Source: Candidatus Poribacteria bacterium
GTDB lineage: Bacteria; Poribacteria; WGA-4E; WGA-3G
NCBI GenBank assembly: GCA_963663765.2
Contig: CAXXUA010000004.1
Span: 832,001 to 896,000 of the forward strand
Length of the DNA stretch: 64,000 nt
Direction of reading: 5' to 3'
The position numbers and the translations under genes were made by a program. The notes under the pieces are model-generated. The model made no database searches. It was not told the origin of the DNA and was given only the letters and a program-made list of their open reading frames with translations. Of this stretch, positions 60,003 to 64,000 are shown in pieces (the stretch's first letter is position 1; each line of letters opens with the position of its first letter).

Positions 60003-61250
60003 ATGCAAGAGTATTTTCGTTTACTACAGACAGATATCAAGCGTATTTCACAGAATGTGTTCCAGCAGTTTAGGGAACACAACTGCATGCATCAAGCTGC
60101 ATCATTATCATTCAACACAATCCTTTGTCTTGTGCCACTATCGGCGGTCGCTCTTTTCCTTTTAAAGACCTTTGGAGTGGTTGACAAGGACAACTCATTT
60201 TTATTAGCAACGCTGAATAATTACCTTCCTCGCTACAGAGCAGATGATATAATAACAAGCATCTCCGAATTTACCAACAGGAATCTTACAGGACTTGGCA
60301 TCGGGGGTTTCTTACTTTTCTTAATCATATCTCTGATTTTGTTCATGTCTATTGAAGGACATTTCAATCGTATTTGGGGAAGTCAACGTCTACCTTTGTT
60401 ACAAGCATTTCAGAAGTATTTAGTTTTCTACATGCTATTGCTAATAGGTCCTCTCTTTGTCTGGATCGTCTTTTCATCGGTGAGTAATGTAGTCTTATCC
60501 AATCTCTTGCCGTGGATATCTGTATACTTCCTTTTTGTGCTTATGTTTGTTGCGTTACCAAATTTATCAGTGAACTGGAAAGCGGCTCTAATAGGAGCAT
60601 TCTTTGCAGGAACACTCTTTCAAATTGCACGTACTGTCTTTGCAAATTACTTAGAGTTAGTGTGGAAAAACTATACTGAAATCTATGGCACATTAGCAAT
60701 GTTGATTATTTTAGCAATTTGGATTTATATTACTTGGATTATAATTCTCTTAGGTGTTGAGGTTACCTACGCCATTCAAAAGAAGATAGAGATAAAGAAA
60801 ACAATCACAGACTCACATGATCAGCACATAGACATTATCAATATGTCCTGTATTATAACGCTATTTTTGATGGTTGCTATACACTTTCAAAAAGGTAAGG
60901 GTGCATGTATGATTTCAGATCTCAGTAAAAAGACTAAAATTTCTGAATCAGTCGTCAAGCGTATATTTGATTGTTTTATAGCTGCTGACCTTATCTATGA
61001 AGTTCAAAGTGATACAAAAGGGTATATACCTACAAGATCATTAGATTCTATCACACTTGAAACCGTTATTTCATGTGTTGATGGAGAACTGACAAAACAT
61101 TTTATTGATGCAATAGATGCTCCACCTGATTTGACAAAGATGTTAGAAAAAGTTCAAGAAACTCAGACTGAGCAGCTAAAACATATTACGGTGAGTTCAC
61201 TTATTGAGGATATTGACCCCAATAACCATCAGCACGGATTAGCAGGTTAA
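60003..61250 (+). CDS. YihY/virulence factor BrkB-family membrane protein with a C-terminal Rrf2-like wHTH
   Basis: AASLSFNTILCLVP, IEGHFNRIW, IYGTLA...WIYITWIIILLGVE and GYIPTRSLDSITL. Confidence 0.85.
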   Translation: MQEYFRLLQTDIKRISQNVFQQFREHNCMHQAASLSFNTILCLVPLSAVALFLLKTFGVVDKDNSFLLATLNNYLPRYRADDIITSISEFTNRNLTGLGIGGFLLFLIISLILFMSIEGHFNRIWGSQRLPLLQAFQKYLVFYMLLLIGPLFVWIVFSSVSNVVLSNLLPWISVYFLFVLMFVALPNLSVNWKAALIGAFFAGTLFQIARTVFANYLELVWKNYTEIYGTLAMLIILAIWIYITWIIILLGVEVTYAIQKKIEIKKTITDSHDQHIDIINMSCIITLFLMVAIHFQKGKGACMISDLSKKTKISESVVKRIFDCFIAADLIYEVQSDTKGYIPTRSLDSITLETVISCVDGELTKHFIDAIDAPPDLTKMLEKVQETQTEQLKHITVSSLIEDIDPNNHQHGLAG

Positions 61251-61380
61251 TAAAGGTTCGTTGTAATGAAGGATAACTTGTTGGTGTAAAGCCGAAATAA
61301 GTCTGTCATGTCCTACTTCACCACGAAATCTGTTAATCATTTCCATATCTTGTTAATTTTTATAGTGTTTTGTTACGCTG

Positions 61381-62634
61381 CTAATGATGCGGGGGAGTTA
61401 GCATTGCGGCGATGTCTTCTGGTAGTTTGACGTTGTGTTTCTGCTCAAAGTCGGCAACGTTCGCGTAAGCGTTACGAAATAAAGCAATGATATCTACTCC
61501 CATGTTTCTGGCAATCGTTAGGTCCGATTTGGCTTTTTGCCACTCTTGCAGGTCTAATAGGGCTATACTGCGATTGTTATAGAATCGAACATCGTCCGGT
61601 TTGATCTTTATAGCACTGTCATAGTCTTCAATGGCGCGGTTAATCTCCCCTTTTTTATGGTAAGCGTAACCACGATTGTTATATGCCTCAGCAAAATTCG
61701 GGTTGAATTTTGTTGCTTTGTTATAGTCTTCAATAGCTGGGTCATACTCATTTTTTTCACCGTAAGCAATACCACGACTATAATAGGCTACAGAAATATT
61801 GGATGTGTCCCCAGGATCCAACCTTATAAATTCAGTATAGTACTCAATAGCGTCATCCAGGTTATCATTTTGATGTGCTTCAAAACCGCGTTGCAGATAA
61901 TCTTGAGCATCAGGTTCAATGTATGGTTTATTGTGCGCATAGAGTCGTGAAAAACCGTCAAAATCTGGGTAAATAGTAGATTCAGTGATACCTGATATTT
62001 TGTCCAAAGCAGCTAACATTTCTTGCTTATTATCTTTTTTGATGATACATTCAGCCTCTGCCTCAATTTGGGCACCACTAAATACAAAGACAGACTGTTG
62101 GGCAATAATACGGTTATTCTGCAGTTTAGGTTGCCATTGATAGAGTGGATATCTACCGTTTTCGTCCGGTTTGATAAAATAGTCAATTTCTTTTGTGATT
62201 AAATCGGGATTAACCGTTTTTAGTCGGACCATATCATCATGGCGGACAGCATAGACTTTTCCATTTGCTTCCCCTTTTGAACCTTGCTGGCAAGCAAACC
62301 AGAGGGCAACCAAAGCACTACGTGAAAAATCTATCAGGCAGGTGGCAGCACCGAAATGTTGAAGTTCTGCAAGTATTTCTAAGTCAGATAATTGTTGCCC
62401 ATTTTTCTGATCGTGTCCCAATGCCCGCGCTTTCATTATCAAATCCTTGTTGATATTGAGTAGCTTAATCGGATTGTTTTCATCTATTTCTGAGAGGCGG
62501 CGATAAGCGGATGCCTTTATTTTGTAACGTTCCGTTGAAACACCACGAAACAGGTATTGTCCATCGCTAAATTGTGCCGCCCATTCTATAAACTCGTTTA
62601 TGGTCTTAGCAGTGATGTTGTTTTTATCTTCCAA
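61381..62634 (-). CDS. FRG-domain protein with C-terminal TPRs
   Basis: YLFRGVS, LQHFGAATCLIDFS...ALWFAC, RIIAQQSVF and TPRs (AYYSRG, AYNNRG). Confidence 0.88.
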   Translation of the reverse strand: MEDKNNITAKTINEFIEWAAQFSDGQYLFRGVSTERYKIKASAYRRLSEIDENNPIKLLNINKDLIMKARALGHDQKNGQQLSDLEILAELQHFGAATCLIDFSRSALVALWFACQQGSKGEANGKVYAVRHDDMVRLKTVNPDLITKEIDYFIKPDENGRYPLYQWQPKLQNNRIIAQQSVFVFSGAQIEAEAECIIKKDNKQEMLAALDKISGITESTIYPDFDGFSRLYAHNKPYIEPDAQDYLQRGFEAHQNDNLDDAIEYYTEFIRLDPGDTSNISVAYYSRGIAYGEKNEYDPAIEDYNKATKFNPNFAEAYNNRGYAYHKKGEINRAIEDYDSAIKIKPDDVRFYNNRSIALLDLQEWQKAKSDLTIARNMGVDIIALFRNAYANVADFEQKHNVKLPEDIAAMLTPPHH

Positions 62635-62737
62635 AATGATTGTTTGTTTCCATTCAAGTTTACTTTTGTTTAAATTTAGTGGATTCAGATCAATATCCCA
62701 CTAAAACAGCGGGCATCTTGAGTTTTCAAAAGGAGGG

Positions 62738-63955
62738 TTATTCAGAGAGTTGGCAGGTGCCATCAACCTCAAATTCATAAGGTTCTTCGTTTATATACCG
62801 TTTGTGTCGACGTCCTTTAAATTTGACTTCTACCTGTTCAGGATTCAGAAGTTTCAAATCAAATTGAAGCACCTCCTCAACTGTGTTTGAAAGTTTCAGG
62901 TAAAGAATAGACGTTAAACGAGCATACTTCTCAAATTGACTTTGTCTTTTTCCAAAAAGTCTAAATAAGGGTGGAATGGGTGATCCAGAAATTTGAAATC
63001 CATTTCCCCCACGGATAAACACTTCAAGTGAAGCTTCGTTAAGCAACCCAACGGTTCCAGTTCTGTTCTGGAAATCATCTGGAAGTTCAGGTAATTTCTT
63101 ATTGAGTAAAATCCGTTTTGCACGCTCTTCTGCAAGCTTTTCTGGTGTGAAAGATCCGAAAGTGATCTCACCAAGGGGGTCCCCATTTTGTTTGTGTCTT
63201 TCTTCCTTGAAAACGACTTTCCAAACGTTTTGAGAACCGGATGTAGTTTCAACAATATCCTGAGGTTTTACCCACGTGGCATCTTCTCTTAACGCAAACG
63301 CAATGTGAACATCTCTTGTAAACGCGTCATTTATATGTCTTCTCAATGTACGGAGAAAAGCAGTTTCTTCTAGGGAATCTGGAAGCAGTTCGATCGAAAT
63401 TTCTGTTGAATCCCAGTGTGGACTTTGGAATGGAATGAAATACAATTTTCCATCTTCAGACATTAACAGTACATATTCGGTTGTGTCTTTCTCGACGACA
63501 CCGGAATTTGTTCGGTCCGTTGCAGCTGTTTTTGGTGTTGTTCCTGATAGTTTCTTATCTAAAGCTTCGTACACTTCTTCAATTGTGATTGAACGTAAAT
63601 CAAGATACCCAACTGTCGGAGGAATGCCCGGAATCTCTGTATCGTCAAGACGTACTGGTAGGATATACTCACGGTTTTCCTGAAATGCTCTCGCTTGAGC
63701 ATTTTGACGTTCATAGTTCGTCCATAACTTTTGTTCGTAGTGTTTAGACAGGAACATCACGCAATAGCGCGCACGGTCTTTATAAACCGTTGACAAGTAA
63801 TCATAAAGGTTTTTTCCCCAAAGATTTGCTAACTCATTCTCATCGTAAAAGCACGAATAACCGTTCATCTTAAGAAGATCCGCTAACGCTTTGGCATGTT
63901 TTCTATCTTCTCCAGCAAATGATAATGCTACATCGTATTCTTGCATTTTTGGCAC
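62738..63955 (-). CDS. TIR-domain protein with an uncharacterised C-terminal domain
   Basis: YDVALSFAGEDR, FYDE...LWGKNL, WTNYER and YILPVRLDDTEIPG. Confidence 0.88.
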   Translation of the reverse strand: MPKMQEYDVALSFAGEDRKHAKALADLLKMNGYSCFYDENELANLWGKNLYDYLSTVYKDRARYCVMFLSKHYEQKLWTNYERQNAQARAFQENREYILPVRLDDTEIPGIPPTVGYLDLRSITIEEVYEALDKKLSGTTPKTAATDRTNSGVVEKDTTEYVLLMSEDGKLYFIPFQSPHWDSTEISIELLPDSLEETAFLRTLRRHINDAFTRDVHIAFALREDATWVKPQDIVETTSGSQNVWKVVFKEERHKQNGDPLGEITFGSFTPEKLAEERAKRILLNKKLPELPDDFQNRTGTVGLLNEASLEVFIRGGNGFQISGSPIPPLFRLFGKRQSQFEKYARLTSILYLKLSNTVEEVLQFDLKLLNPEQVEVKFKGRRHKRYINEEPYEFEVDGTCQLSE

Positions 63956-64000
63956 CTCTTAAATCCGTGTAAACTGTGTCGTCCGTGCAATCCAAAATTT

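Overview
Low-GC bacterial chromosomal window with most genes on the minus strand. It is probably Candidatus Poribacteria; this is an inference from three LamG proteins with a C-terminal 'VDPQxKLATxWxxIK' tail, DUF1549/1553 plus DUF1501 genes and WD40 proteins. Housekeeping genes: lon, folK, the yceD-rpmF-fabH-fabD-fabG-(bmp)-acpP-fabF cluster, hom, tRNA-Pro(GGG), recG, a PhoB-like regulator, gnd, ABC transporters and a YihY-family gene. Five main observations: (1) two ORFs at 48316-49878 are one gene read through an in-frame UGA (SC-U-A) with a SECIS-like hairpin, and the product resembles eukaryotic selenoprotein N; (2) intergenic DNA is a layered set of small mobile sequences, with several MITE families of unrelated TIRs each carrying a GTAG/GTGG REP-like hairpin, and three REP hairpins expanded into tandem arrays; (3) 34-36 bp hairpin micro-inserts sharing a CGTTGATTT end insert into those REPs and into each other; (4) a tandem cassette at 28.4-33.9 kb has four mosaic membrane-anchored paralogs with one intact and two truncated secreted partners; (5) a TIR gene and an FRG-TPR gene sit together at the right edge. 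All calls come from reading the sequence and remembered family motifs; no searches were run.
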